From: Lama guanicoe
Taxonomy: Eukaryota
Direction of reading: 5' to 3'
DNA: 64,000 bases
Assembly (NCBI GenBank): GCA_013239625.1
Contig: MU054001.1
Coordinates: forward strand, 4,442,167 to 4,506,166
Positions 39,879-51,485 of the stretch are shown piece by piece. Within the stretch, counting starts at the first letter, position 1; the number at the start of each line of letters is the position of its first letter. Made by a program: the position numbers and the translations under genes. The notes under the pieces are model-generated. The model was not told the DNA's origin and did not search any database. It saw only the letters and a program-made list of their open reading frames with translations.

Positions 39879-40049
39879 GTATTTGGCACCATCCCTTTTC
39901 TTTCCCTATTTTAAATCCCAGAAAATCCTTTTCTAAAAAATCCATGTATGAAAGAAAACTAACAGCTTTTCATTTAGTTGAGAGAATGTACCTCTGTAAT
40001 ACAGAGGTATCTGATTTGAACATATCCTGGGTGGGAATACACTATTTTA

Positions 40050-40184
40050 TTTATTTTTATTTTTTGTGGGGGCAGATAATTATATTTATTTAGTAATTGT
40101 TTTTAGTGGAGGTACTGGGGATTGAACCCAGGATCTTGTGCATGCTAAGCACACACTACCACTGAGCTACACCCTCCTCCTCCA
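40050..40184 (-). mobile_element. tRNA-Ala-derived camelid SINE (vic-1 type)
   Basis: tggaggtactggggattgaacccagg...gcatgctaagca...taccactgagcta; 16-bp TSD ggaatacactatttta at 40034-40049 and 40185-40200. Confidence 0.9.
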
Positions 40185-41005
40185 GGAATACACTATTTTA
40201 GTGTTTAGCCTGTTGAGACTGAAATGCTGCTTCTGAAGCTTAATTTTCTTTTGAACCAGATTTTTAATGTATAAATAGGATGCCCTCTCTATATAGATGG
40301 ACATGTAGGAAACAGTTCTAGTTCCCTTTCAGTTTATTTTTCTGATTCTGTTTTTTTTGTTGTTGTTGTTGTTGTTAATTGAGACATTTTAAGAGTACTT
40401 TGAAGTGTGTGGTAAATGTAAAGAAGCAGTTCCTACTCTCACCTGTTTTAAAGAGCACTGCAGTTACAAGTCAAGTCCTTAAAGTAGTGACTTTTCAGAT
40501 TGCTTGTTTTGAGTTGAGTAGGTGAGAAGAAAATAATAATCACTTGTCCCTTGTAGGGAAAAGCAGCTGAAGTTACAGGACCATGTTAAAGCTTTAAAGA
40601 AATTGTTATTCTTATAAAATGTGGACTGTATTTTATTTTTTGTGCTTTTATTGAACTTACTTTCTCAGGATGGGGATGGAATCCGTAAGCTTTTTAAAGC
40701 ATAGCGGTTTTGTTTCTTTTTTCTTCTGAGTGCTTATTTAATTTATTTTTTAAATTTGTCTTTATTGAGATAAAACTGACATTTAACATATTAGTTTCAG
40801 GTATACAACATAATGCTTCAATTATCTGTTTATGTTGTGTAGCGCTCACCACAGTAAGTCTAGCTAACATCCTGTTGCTTTTTTATTATAGAAACCTCTA
40901 AGTAGGAAGAATCAAAAACCTTCCTGGAATTACCTGAGTAATTGTGCAGCTTGCTGGCCTCTGCAGCAGATTTCTGCTGACCATTTGTTTTCTTCACTTT
41001 TCCAG

Positions 41006-41197
41006 GCTTTGAGACACCAAATCCTTTGGCCAGCAGTGATCATCCCTCATTTCAAGGCAGAACTACCCTCACCGTGGGCAAGCCACCTCCACTTCTTCCA
41101 ACCCCCAGAAAGAGATCCTTCGTAGGCCCTCCTCCCCCACTTCTTGTCAAGTCCCCTTTGTTAGGTGAGAGGCCAGGCAGTCTCCCTCCACCGCCCG
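41006..41197 (+). CDS. NCOA5L: NCOA5-like protein, coding exon 7 (Pro-rich; ...GKPPPLLPTPRKRSFVGPPPPLLVKSPLLGERPGSLPPPPG)
   Basis: Strong acceptor ttttcttcacttttccAG|, donor CCG|GTCAGT (alternative TAG|GTGAGA at 41164), 192 nt, phase 1-1, in frame. Confidence 0.85.
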
Positions 41198-41501
41198 GTC
41201 AGTGCTTCCCTCTCGGCATACGACCTAGCGGTCGCTCTTCTGTTTCCATGAGAGTTCTCCTGAGGATGCAGGATAGTTTAGAGCAGCGACAGTGTTTGTT
41301 GCTACGTTTTTAATGACTAATCCAATTTCAGAAGACAGGAGAGATGCTTTGAAGTTCAATGGGTGCTATTTCTCTTGAACGAATTGCCTTAAGTTTTAAT
41401 ACAGGGAGAGGTTTAGAGAAGCTCTTTGACCAAGGTTTGTGACCTCAGTTAGAGTGACTTCGAGTTGTCATAATGAGCACTCTGAATTCAGTAGTGTTTT
41501 T

Positions 41502-43165
41502 AAAATTTTTTTCTATTTTGAATTGAAGTTATAGTCAATTTACAGTGTTGCGTTAATTTCTGGGGTACAACATAGTGATTCAGTTATGCAGACATATATA
41601 TATCTATATATATTCCTTTTCTTATTTTTTTCCATTATACGTTACTACAAGATATTGAATACAGTTCTCTGTGCTATACAGTGGGACATTGTTGTTTATC
41701 TGTTTCTATATAGTAGTTGGTACCTGCAAATCCCGAACTCCCAATTTATCCTTCCCCCACCTCCTTTTTCCCTGGTAACCATGTTTGTTTTCTATGTCTG
41801 TGAGTCTGTTTCTGTTTTGTAAATAAGTTCGTTTGTGTCATTTTTTCAGATTCCACATATAAGTGATATCATATGGTATTTGTCTTTCTCTTCCTGATTT
41901 ACTTCACTTAATATGATCATCTCTAGGTCCATTCATATTGCTGCAAATGACATTATTTCATTCTTTTTTATGACTGAGTAGTATTCCATTGTGTGTGTGT
42001 ATTCCACAACTTCTTTATACAGTCATCTGTCAATGGACATTTAAGTTGCTTCTATGTGTTGGCTATTGTAAATAGTGCTGCTGTGAACATTGGGGTGCAT
42101 GTATCTTTTGAAATTAGTTTCCTGCAGTTGTATGTCCAGGAGTGGAAGTGTTAGATCATATGGTAAGTCTATTTTTAGTTTTTTAATGGATCTCCATACT
42201 GTTTTCCATAATGGCTGCATCAAACTGCATTCCCATCAACAGTGTAGGAGAGTTGCCTTTTCTCCACATCCTCTCCAGCTTTTATCATTTGTGGACATTT
42301 TAGCGATGGCCATTCTGACTGGTGTGAGGTAATATCTCATTGTAGTTTTGATTTGCATTTCTCTGATAATTAGCAATGTTGAACATTTTTTAATTGGACA
42401 TCTATATGTCTTCATTGGAGAAATGTTTGTTTAGGTCTTCTGCCCATTTTTGGATTGGGTTGTTTGTTTTTTTGTTACTGAGTTGTATGAGCTATTTGTA
42501 TATTCTGGAAATTAAGCCCTTGTCAGTCACATCATTTGCAAGTATTTTTCTCCCATTCCTAGTCTTTTTGTCTTGTTTATGGTTTCCTTTGCCGTGCAAA
42601 AGCCTATAAGTTTAATTAGGTCCCATTGTTTATTTTTGCTTTTATTTCTGTTGCTTGGGTAGACTGACCCAGGAGAACATTGCTGTGATTTATGTCAGAG
42701 AATGTTTTGCCTATGTTGTCTTCTAGGAGGTTTGTGGTGTCTTGTCTTATGTTTAAGGCTTTAAGCCATTTTGAGTTTATTTTTGTGTATGGTGTGAGGG
42801 AGTGTTGTAACTTCATTGATTTAAATGCGGCTGTCCATTTTTCCCAACACCACTTGCCAAAGAGACTGTCTTTTCTCCATTGTCTATTCTTGCTTCCTTT
42901 GTTTAAGATTAATTGACTGTAGGTGTGTGAGTTTATTTCTGGCTCTTTACTCTGTTCCATTGATCCATATGTCTGTTTTTGTGCCAGTACCACACTGTTT
43001 TAATTACCGTGGCTTTGTAGTATTGTCTGAAGTCTGAGAGGATTATACCTCTAGCTTTGTTCTTTTTCTTCAGTGTTGCTTTGGCAATTCTGGGTATTTT
43101 GTGATCCCATATAAATTTTAGGATTATTTGTTCTAGTTCTGTGAAAAATGTCCTCAGTACTTTGA
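41502..43165 (-). mobile_element. 5'-truncated lineage-specific L1 with TSD
   Basis: ORF2 C-terminal ORFs 42616..42993 and 42041..42223; 12-bp TSD agtagtgttttt at 41490-41501 and 43166-43177. Confidence 0.92.
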
Positions 43166-44690
43166 AGTAGTGTTTTTGAGGTTTCTTTTCTGAGCAGTTG
43201 GTGCTAAATAGTATCCAACATCTGCCTAAAATGAAGTTTTAGTGCTGTGGATTTCTCGCATTGCCAGTGACATAAAAACCAACTCGAGTTAGCTTACAAC
43301 AAGGGGACTTGATTGGCTTGTATGACAGGAAATCCCGAGCTGACTAACTTTGGGCCACACTGGATCCTGCTGCTCATGCAGCTTCATCAGACATCCATCT
43401 CTTACCTCTGGGAGGAGAGCTGGGTGGGCACAGACTCCCACTCGAGCCCAGTGGTCAGCCCTGTGGGGTTTCTGGTTCGTCCAGTGTTGGAGCTTTTCCC
43501 TGCTCTTGAGGGTAAAGAGTTCAGGCACCTAGGATGTAGTTTCCTCCATTTACTCACCGTCCCTTCTGTTCCTCACCTTCCCAAACATTTGTTCATACAC
43601 TCTGTCTCCTCCCCTGTCCTCCTTGTGTGTTGGCAGTGGGAGCGGAGGAGGAACCAGATGAGAGCATGTTTTCAATCTTCCATGTTAAAGAGGAAGTTGT
43701 CAGTGAGGTCTTCTCAGGAAGGTGGCTTTTCACCTGGACCTTAAATAAAATTTAGACCTGGAGATGCATTTGTTCATAAGAGTCATCTATTGCTTTGGCC
43801 TCCTATGTGAACAAGGGTTATTTTTGAACCAAAAATTTTTCCTGTGAGCACAATATTTCCACCTTGACTATTATTGTGGATTGTAATTGAGGGAATGTGC
43901 CCGCTTGCTTTCTAGCTGTAGTACACACATCTTTTGTTGGCAGTGTCAGTGCACTGAAGCTCCACAGCCCTAGGGACGAGCATTTCCGCACCCCCTCCCT
44001 TTTTGACCTGTTGACTTTCAGGGTGAGCGAGGGTGTATCAGTTCAGCATCTTCTCTGTCCCCATCACGGCCTGTGCTTTGTTTGCCATGTCTTTGTTTCT
44101 TCCCTTCCTTCTCCCGTTGTCCTGGCACTCCCCTGTGCCTCAGCCACAGGCCTGTTCTTACTACCTGGTTGCTTCCCATGAGAAGTGAGTGAATAAAAGG
44201 GAGGAGGGCTCAGGAAGAAATCTTTTTTGCCTTTAATGGTTTCCCATCCTTGCCATTAGTTTAAAAACAAAACTCTTCTAGACCTTCAAAAAGGGCTAGG
44301 TTCTTGCTTCAGGACCTTGGCAAGAACTGGGAGAAAATGTCCTGTTCAGCAGGGTGAGGATTGTGCCTGGCAGACTGTCACCAAGAGCAAGGTGACAGGG
44401 CACTAGACCATGTGTTACACCACTGGGGGCCCGTGTCCTGGGTGGATGGATGTTAGATTCTGAAGAACAGAGTGCTTCAGGTATGTTGTGGGTCTGCCTT
44501 TATGACCTGTCTGGGAACCTAAGTGCTTTGGATGTTTGAGAAAATGTATTGCATTTTTTTCTCTTTTTCTTCAGTATTACTTTGGCAATTCTGGGTCTTT
44601 TGTGTCAAAACAGAATGTTTGGAACAAAACCCACTTGTGACAAGGTGAAGGTGGAGGACCAGGATGTCAGGACAGGCATGGACTTAGGCC

Positions 44691-44906
44691 CAGGGTTTTC
44701 AAACTTCTTTTTAAAGAGCCAGATGGTAAATATTTCATTTTAGACTTTTCAGGCCAAGAAGCAAAATTAAGGATATTATGTATGTACTGATATAACCATT
44801 TATAATGTAACCATTTAAAAATGAGAAAACCATTCTGGCTTGCAGGCCATACCAAAACCAACAGTAGGCTGGATTTGGCCCCCAGACTCTAGTTTGCTGA
44901 ACCCTG
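44691..44906. mobile_element. MER58-like hAT-Charlie DNA transposon
   Basis: Terminal inverted repeats cagggttttcaaact ... agtttgctgaaccctg; internal gccagatggtaaatattt. Confidence 0.8.
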
Positions 44907-45102
44907 GATAATCACTGAGTCACAGTCTGGGCTCAGAGAGGACTTGGCAGAGCTTGAGGAGCTGAGGTTGGGCTTGGTGTGCGTGGCAGGTGCTCCCTGC
45001 TCAGCCCCTTTCTAAAGATGAGGAAATGTCCCTTTGGGGCAAACAGCTGGAATGGGTTCGTCATGCATCTTCCCATTTATGTTTTGGTTTTGTTCTCTGC
45101 AG

Positions 45103-45249
45103 GATTGGTCAACCCCAAAGGTCTGTTTCCCCCTCCCCCACTTCTGGCAGTCCCCTCCAAGAGGCCTGCACCTTTGGGATGCCTCCCTCCCAAGCCTCCC
45201 AAACGTCCATTACTTGGGGAGAAGCCAGGCCTTTTAGTACCACCACCAG
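45103..45249 (+). CDS. NCOA5L: NCOA5-like protein, coding exon 8 (Pro-rich; LVNPKGLFPPPPLLAVPSKRPAPLGCLPPKPPKRPLLGEKPGLLVPPPG)
   Basis: ttttgttctctgcAG| acceptor and consensus CAG|GTGAGT donor, 147 nt, phase 1-1; paralogous to the previous exon. Confidence 0.88.
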
Positions 45250-45284
45250 GTGAGTAGCCAGGTGAGCTTTGAGTGGCATTCTAG

Positions 45285-45532
45285 GCTCGTACTGACCAAA
45301 AGAACTTTCTGTGGTGGGAGAAATGTTCCGTAGCTGCGTTGTCTAGTGAGGTGAGCTGTCAGCTACACGTGGCTATTGAGCCCTTGAAATGTGGCTAGTA
45401 CGACACATTTGATGAATTGAATTTTTAAAATTTTATTTACTTTTTAATTATTTAAATGATTCTAGTCATGTAGTAATTAAATAAGGGTTGTATGTGGTAT
45501 GTGGCTGGTGGCTGGTAGTGGTCAGCACAGTT
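45285..45532. mobile_element. MER3-like hAT-Charlie DNA transposon
   Basis: agaactttctgtggtgggagaaatgttc...ctacacgtggctattgagcccttgaaatgtggctagt. Confidence 0.75.
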
Positions 45533-46849
45533 ATGGGCTGTTGGAGGCATCAAGAAAATGTCACAGTAGGTAGGAAAGTGTGCTATATTTTTCTTATGTA
45601 GAAATCTATTATTTCTTAGTCTTTTTCTCCCTCCCTTCCCTTTCTTTTTTTTTAAAGCTACAAATGTACTTAAAAAGGGATGTTGCATCTCTGTCATGAA
45701 TGGACATCATTGTTATTTGCTCCAAAATAGAAGGCAACCATAATAAAAAGAACACAAAACAATGTTACTCAATTCCTACTCAATACTGTTACCTGCCTCA
45801 GTGTCTAAGGTTGAGGCTTACTCCATCCCTGGTAAATAAAGGGAGTTACTAAGGGTCAAGGAGGTGTCAGTGGGACACCAACAATGCAGAAACTCTCTCC
45901 TTGACAAGTCAGGAGTGCAAAAGGTTGGCAAAGGGAGTATCTTTTCATGAGACTGAATGTCATTTAGTCATGGGTCTTTGATGTCGTTGGAGGTATATGC
46001 CTCATTTCTGCAGGGCTCAAGGAGGAACAGCCCCTTCCCTGCCTGGCCAGAGGACAGGGATCTGATCTACCATATTTAAAGTGCTAACCGATACCCAGCC
46101 CTGGCTCAGAGCCTGCACGGGAATAGAGGCTTTTCTCTCTATCTTCCTTCCTTGGCCAGCTCTCATTTTCTCTGATGCTGCCTTCCCTCCTGCATGGCTC
46201 GGGGAGATGAGGCTGGAGGCTTCCAGGCTGTCCCCAAACTCACCAGAGTGTGAGCGCAGACCTTTGGCTGGTCTGCCAAGGCGGTGGGAAGAGCTGAGGC
46301 TGTGCTCTGGCTTGGAACAGAAGGCGGCCAAACAGGTGTTTGGCTGCTTCATTTCTAGTCATTCAGACTTACTAAGCCTAGATGAAGGTACTGCCCAGAG
46401 TTCCTCTTAATTCTGTTTAAAGATTTGGGGCTGAAGCCCCAGCTATTAGGAAAGTGGGCCTTTGTCCTTCTTCGTTTTCCATGCAAGAGACATTTTTCAT
46501 GATATTTATTATCATTTAAAAGTTTCAACCCTCTGGTTTTTAGTCTGTGAGGTAGATATTGCTGTGGTTGTGGTATAAAGAATATACATTTACAAAATAG
46601 TGGCAAGAGGTAGAACAGACGGAGCTCAGTGGCTCCCACCCTCCCGGAGACCCAGATAATTATCTAATTCTGAAGATCCTCCGCTCATGGATCACAATTT
46701 TTTAAAAATTTGGAGAACTTTCCTTACCCCCAAAATGGCCTTCCATGGCTTCCAGGGGCCCTCTCAGCCCCAAAGTCAAGCACTAATAGTTGGAGAAAGC
46801 TCTTTTAAAAAACAAAGATGTAAATCAGAACCATGAGGCATGCCAGTAA

Positions 46850-47070
46850 TAGTTGCCATGTATTGCGTTCTCACTGTATGCCAGGCACTGAGATTATTCC
46901 ATTGAGTCCTCAGACAACCCTGTGGGCTACGTACTGGGATCATCTCCATTTGCCACATGAGTCACCTAAGGCTCAGAGGGCGATTAACCCGCCCAAGGTC
47001 ACACAGCGGCACCTGGTGGAGCCGAGGCTGCGCACCAGCCGTGTGACTCTGTGCTCTGTGCTCTAGCCAC
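46850..47070 (-). mobile_element. MIR SINE
   Basis: ctcactgtatgccaggcactg...aaggctcagagggcgattaacccgcccaaggtcacacagc. Confidence 0.75.
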
Positions 47071-47582
47071 CACGCAATCCCAGCAGCACAGATGTGTTAT
47101 CAAATTGATGTTGCTTTCAAAAAAGTCATAGATTTTTGCTTGGATTTCAACCACATTCTTCCACCCACACTCCCCTTTGACAAAAGGCTAAAAGTGTTTT
47201 CACATCCCTTACCTGTTCTGATTCATCACAGTATAAGGCTGGTAGAAGTTCAGAGGGAAGGAGTGAATGCGGTTCATGTGAGTCAGGTGAAGCACCAGCA
47301 TCTCCTGTTAAAGAGAGAGCTTCCGGTGAAAAGTGTTTATGACTCAGCGAAGGTAGAGAGGGGCTAGGTGTCCTCTCTTCCTCCTTTGTAAAATGGGAGC
47401 TGTTACCATGATTAAATGAGATAATATGAATGAAAATCTGATAGACACTCCAAAAACTGCACAGATGTCTGTGATGTGGCGACTTGGTTAATCTGATTTA
47501 GCTCGCAAAGGTGGGTGGCTGGGGGCTCTGCAGACCAGGGAAGGGACATAAATTGACACTGCTGTGTTCCTCCTCTTTGCAG

Positions 47583-47641
47583 TTCTTTTGCAGTCGGTGC
47601 TGCACAAGCAGACAGTTCAACCTGTGTCTTTGCTGAACTAA
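47583..47641 (+). CDS. NCOA5L: NCOA5-like protein, probable terminal coding exon (VLLQSVLHKQTVQPVSLLN*)
   Basis: Branch-like aattgac, then ctgtgttcctcctctttgcAG| acceptor; phase 1 entry; TAA at 47639-47641; ATTAAA at 47895. No homology support, and alternatives exist. Confidence 0.6.
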
Positions 47642-47894
47642 GGAAAGCTTCTCTGAGCCAGAACAAGGTAGCTGCAGCCAGGCAGTAGCCTCACTCTCCT
47701 CTAAGGACCAAGCCCCCTGTCTGGCCTGCAGCCCTGATGCCCAGGCAGTGGGTACAGACATGGCATCCCTTCTGTCCCATACGTGGTCCCATGGAAGCTT
47801 TTCTCACATTTGGGGTCTTTTTGTGCCAAACTAGATATTTGCGGAAGGTCATAGTGGTAAACATTGGATCTTGAAGTTGTTCAATTACATGCAT

Positions 47895-47900
47895 ATTAAA
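47895..47900 (+). terminator. Candidate polyadenylation signal ATTAAA
   Basis: About 250 nt after the predicted stop, followed by gagtttttat and then repeat-derived sequence. Confidence 0.4.
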
Positions 47901-48564
47901 AACCAATGAAAACTTAGAGTTTTTATACACTGGTTACCCGCTTAAAAAAAAAAGATTTTATTTTGGAATAATTTTACATTTATAGAAAATATCAAGTGAT
48001 AGTACAGGGCGTTTTTTTAATCTAAATTTTCCTTCCTGAATCTTGTATAATGAAGGCACAGTTACTAGGAAATTAGCATTAGTGCAATAATATTAAATGT
48101 ACTACAGAGTTTATTCATATTTCACCAGTTTTTCTACTAACGTATTTTGTTTTGTTTTGTTTCAGGAACCTGTTCTGGGCACTTCATTGCATTTAGGCCC
48201 CTTTTAATTTTATTCTGTTCCAGTTTTTTATTATGAAACATTTTAAGTATATAGAAAATTTGAATGAATACTGTAATGAACACCCATGTATTTTGTATCT
48301 AGATTCAGTAATTATTAACATTCTGCCATTTTTTAACTTATACATATGCTGTATAAATAAAATTTTTTCTTAACCATGAAAAGTAGTTGCAGAGTTCATG
48401 ACATCTCACCTTTAAGTCCTTCACATGCAGCTCCTAAGAAGAGAGACATTCTCTTACCTAATTATGATACCATTTTCACACCTTAAAAACTAATAGCAGT
48501 TCTATTATATCTAATCTCTGGTTCTCATATTTGAATTTTTAATTGTCCCCCCAAAAATGCTTTT

Positions 48565-48738
48565 GCTTTATATATCTTGGTTCTCCTGTATTGGGTGTAT
48601 TTACATTTATAAATGTTCTATCTTCTTGCTGGATTGACCCTTTTATCATCATGTAATACCCTCCTTTGTCTTTCATTACAATATTTATTTTAAAGTCTAT
48701 TTTGTCTGATATGAGAATAGTTACTCCAGCTTTCTTCA
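48565..48738 (-). mobile_element. Isolated L1 ORF2 endonuclease-region fragment
   Basis: Minus ORF KKAGVTILISDKIDFK...DKGGYYMMIKGSIQQED is the L1 EN domain. Confidence 0.9.
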
Positions 48739-48874
48739 CCCAAGGGTGCTTTTATGGCCTTTTTAAAAACCAGGAGTTAATTAAGGTTTGTGCATTGCAC
48801 TTAGTTTTTATGTGTCTTTCGTTTCTTTTATCTTATTATTATTTTTTTAACACTTCAATGCTTTCCTGACACAC

Positions 48875-49048
48875 TTTGTTTTGTTTTATTTATTTATTTT
48901 TTTGAGGGAGAAGTAATTAGGCTTACCTATTTATTTATTGATTTTTTTAATGGAGATACTGGGGATTTTAATGGAGGTACTGGGGTTTGAACCCAGGACA
49001 GCATGCGTGGTAAGTATGCACTCTACCATTTGAGCTATACCCTCCCCC
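48875..49048 (-). mobile_element. vic-1-type tRNA-derived SINE with small internal duplication
   Basis: ttaatggagatactggggattttaatggaggtactgggg...gagctataccctccccc. Confidence 0.85.
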
Positions 49049-49186
49049 AGTTTCTTTTAATCTAGAGCAGTCTTCGTACCTCTTTTTTTTCCCCCTAGTG
49101 ATACTGACTAAGCCAGTTGTCTTATAGAATATCCTGTATTCTAGATTTGTCTGATTGTTTCCTCATGGTATCACTTAACTGTTCTT

Positions 49187-49424
49187 TTTTCTTTTTTTTA
49201 TTGAGGTACAATCAGTTTACAATGTGGTCTTAATTTCTGGTGTACAGCACAATGCTTCAGTCATGCATGAATATACATCTATTCATTTTCATATTCTTTG
49301 TCACCATAAGCTATTACAAGATATTGAATATAGTTCCCTGTGCTATACAGTATGAACTTGTTAATCTATTTTATGTATATTTGTGTCTACAAATCTCAAA
49401 CTCCCAACTTATCCCTTCCCACCC
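49187..49424 (-). mobile_element. Short lineage-specific L1 3' end with TSD
   Basis: Similar to the 3'UTR of the 18.6-20 kb L1; TSD taactgttctt at 49176-49186 and 49425-49435. Confidence 0.85.
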
Positions 49425-49764
49425 TAACTGTTCTTCTATTCCCTGTATTTTCTGCACGCTGGAAGTTTGGTCTAGAGGCTTGGTTAGATTTAGGTCCTAC
49501 GTTTTTGGCAAGGATATGTCATAGGTGGTGCAGTTCCATACTGCATTGTATCAGAAGGCACGTTAACAGTTGTCCTGCTGGGAGTGCTAGTCTGGCTGGT
49601 CACTTGGGTAAGGTGCTGACTGCTGTGGGACAGGTAGTTTTTTTCCCCTAAGGCATGATGCTTTGGCACGGAGCAAGTATCCTGTTCCCTAACAACTTTT
49701 ACCTAATGATTTTAGTGTCCATTGATGATTCTTGCCTGCCTGTGTTGTATCAGACCCTCCCTTC

Positions 49765-50445
49765 TTTTAGTTGAAGTGTGTCTTAAGTGTTCAGTTTACT
49801 GAATTTTAAAAATTGTACATACCCATGTAACCAGCACCCCAAACAGGGTATCAACATTCCATCACTCCACAACATTGCAGGCACTTCCCTATCCTTCCCC
49901 CAGCCCTTTCTGACTTCTGTAACTTTAGTTTTGTTTGTCCTTATTTTTTATATAAGTGAAATCATGCGATGTATATTTTGTTGAGCCTAGCATCTTTTGC
50001 TAATAGAATTATTTTGAGATTCACCCACACTGTTGCACGTGCCCACAGAGCATTCCATTTTGTTGCTGAGCAGGAGGTCATTGTATGGACATGCCACAGT
50101 CTGTCTGTTCTCCCGATGCTGGACTTTTTAGCTGTTGTAAGATTGCTATGAATGTTCTTGTATATATCCTTTATGGACATATATTTTCATTTCTCTTGAG
50201 TAAACACCTAGGAGTGGAATTGCTGGGCCATAGGATAGATGTATGTTTAATTTATAAGAATTGGCCGGAGTGGCTCTGACATTTGACGTAGCCACCAGCA
50301 GCATCAAAAGGCTCTGGTTGCTCCATACCCTCACTTTTGATGTTGTCAGCCTTCATTTCAGCCTTTCTAATGGGTGTGAAATGTTTGTCATTATTGCTTT
50401 AGTTTGCATTTCTCTGATGACTAATGGTGTTGAGCACCTTGACTT
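49765..50445 (-). mobile_element. Old L1 (L1MB/ME-like) 3' region
   Basis: cctaggagtggaattgctggg...gtttgcatttctctgatgactaatggtgttgagcacc. Confidence 0.75.
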
Positions 50446-50502
50446 TTTCATTGTTTATCTGTTCAGGGAATGAGTTAAGTGAAGATTAAAAGATTTTTTG
50501 CA

Positions 50503-50775
50503 ATGCATCAGTTTCCTAGGGCTCCCATAAAAAAGGACCACAAGCTGAGTGGCTTAAAACAAATTATCTTACAATTCTGGAGGCCAGAGGCCTGATATCA
50601 AGGTGTCCCAGGGCTGTGCTCCCTCTGAAACCTGTAGGGGAGAGTCTTTCTTTGATTCTTCTAGCTTCCAGCCCTTGGTGTTCCTTGACTTCTAGATGCA
50701 TCACTCCTGTCTCTGCCTCCATCATCACATGGCTGTCCTCTCTCGTGTGTCTTCATGACATCTGTCCCCTGTGTG
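50503..50775 (-). mobile_element. MLT1C-like MaLR LTR fragment
   Basis: cagtttcctagggctcccataa...tggcttaaaacaa...ttctggaggccagagg. Confidence 0.75.
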
Positions 50776-50780
50776 TGTGT

Positions 50781-50925
50781 TTTGTCTTTTTTTTAATATT
50801 TTTTTGTTTTGCAGGAGGAAGGGAGGTTATTATCCTTGTTTGTTTTTGAGTGGAGGTACTGAGGATTGAACCCAGGACTTGTGCATGCTAGGCACCCGTC
50901 TACCACTGAGCTATATACCCTCCCC
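50781..50925 (-). mobile_element. vic-1-type tRNA-derived SINE
   Basis: tggaggtactgaggattgaacccagg...taccactgagctatataccctcccc. Confidence 0.85.
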
Positions 50926-51485
50926 TCTATTTTGCCTTTTTGCAACTTAAAAAAAAAACACACACTTTTTTCCTTTACCTCAGGGTGTCTTCTTAGATTA
51001 CATGAACTGGTAGGTCTTCTCCTGCACAGTGTGAAGTCTTACATCTGTCAGTGAGCTCTTTGGCTTGCTCTGTTGACGTTTAATGTCTTGTCCTACTAAA
51101 CGGGTAATGTGAGGCAAGGTGGGAACCCCAGTCAGTGGGCACAAACCAGGCTGCTGAGGGACTGGAGGTTGAGAAACTCATCTTTGTGGAGCCCTTGTGT
51201 CTGTCCTGTGGGTCTGGCCTCAGGTGCTGCTGTTGGCTGAACATTCGTCACTGAGCCCTTCTCCTGTCTTAAGAGACTCCCTGAGGGTGCTGGAACCCTC
51301 CCCTGCACGTGTATATACATAAACTTTTTAGAGACATTTGGAGTTGTTGGATGAATCACTAGCATCTACGGGGGAAAGACTTTATTTTCTCGTAGTTGTC
51401 TAAATAATTCAGTAGAACAAGATTAGAACAGTAACTTGTGTTAAGGTTCTGAAGACAGTTTGTGTATTTTTTTTAAAGCACAGAT

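Noticed and set aside
46014..46087. Alternative terminal exon GLKEEQPLPCLARGQGSDLPYLKC*
   Set aside because: In phase, but shorter pyrimidine tract, adjacent to repeat-like sequence and no homology; 47583 has the better acceptor. Not fully excluded.
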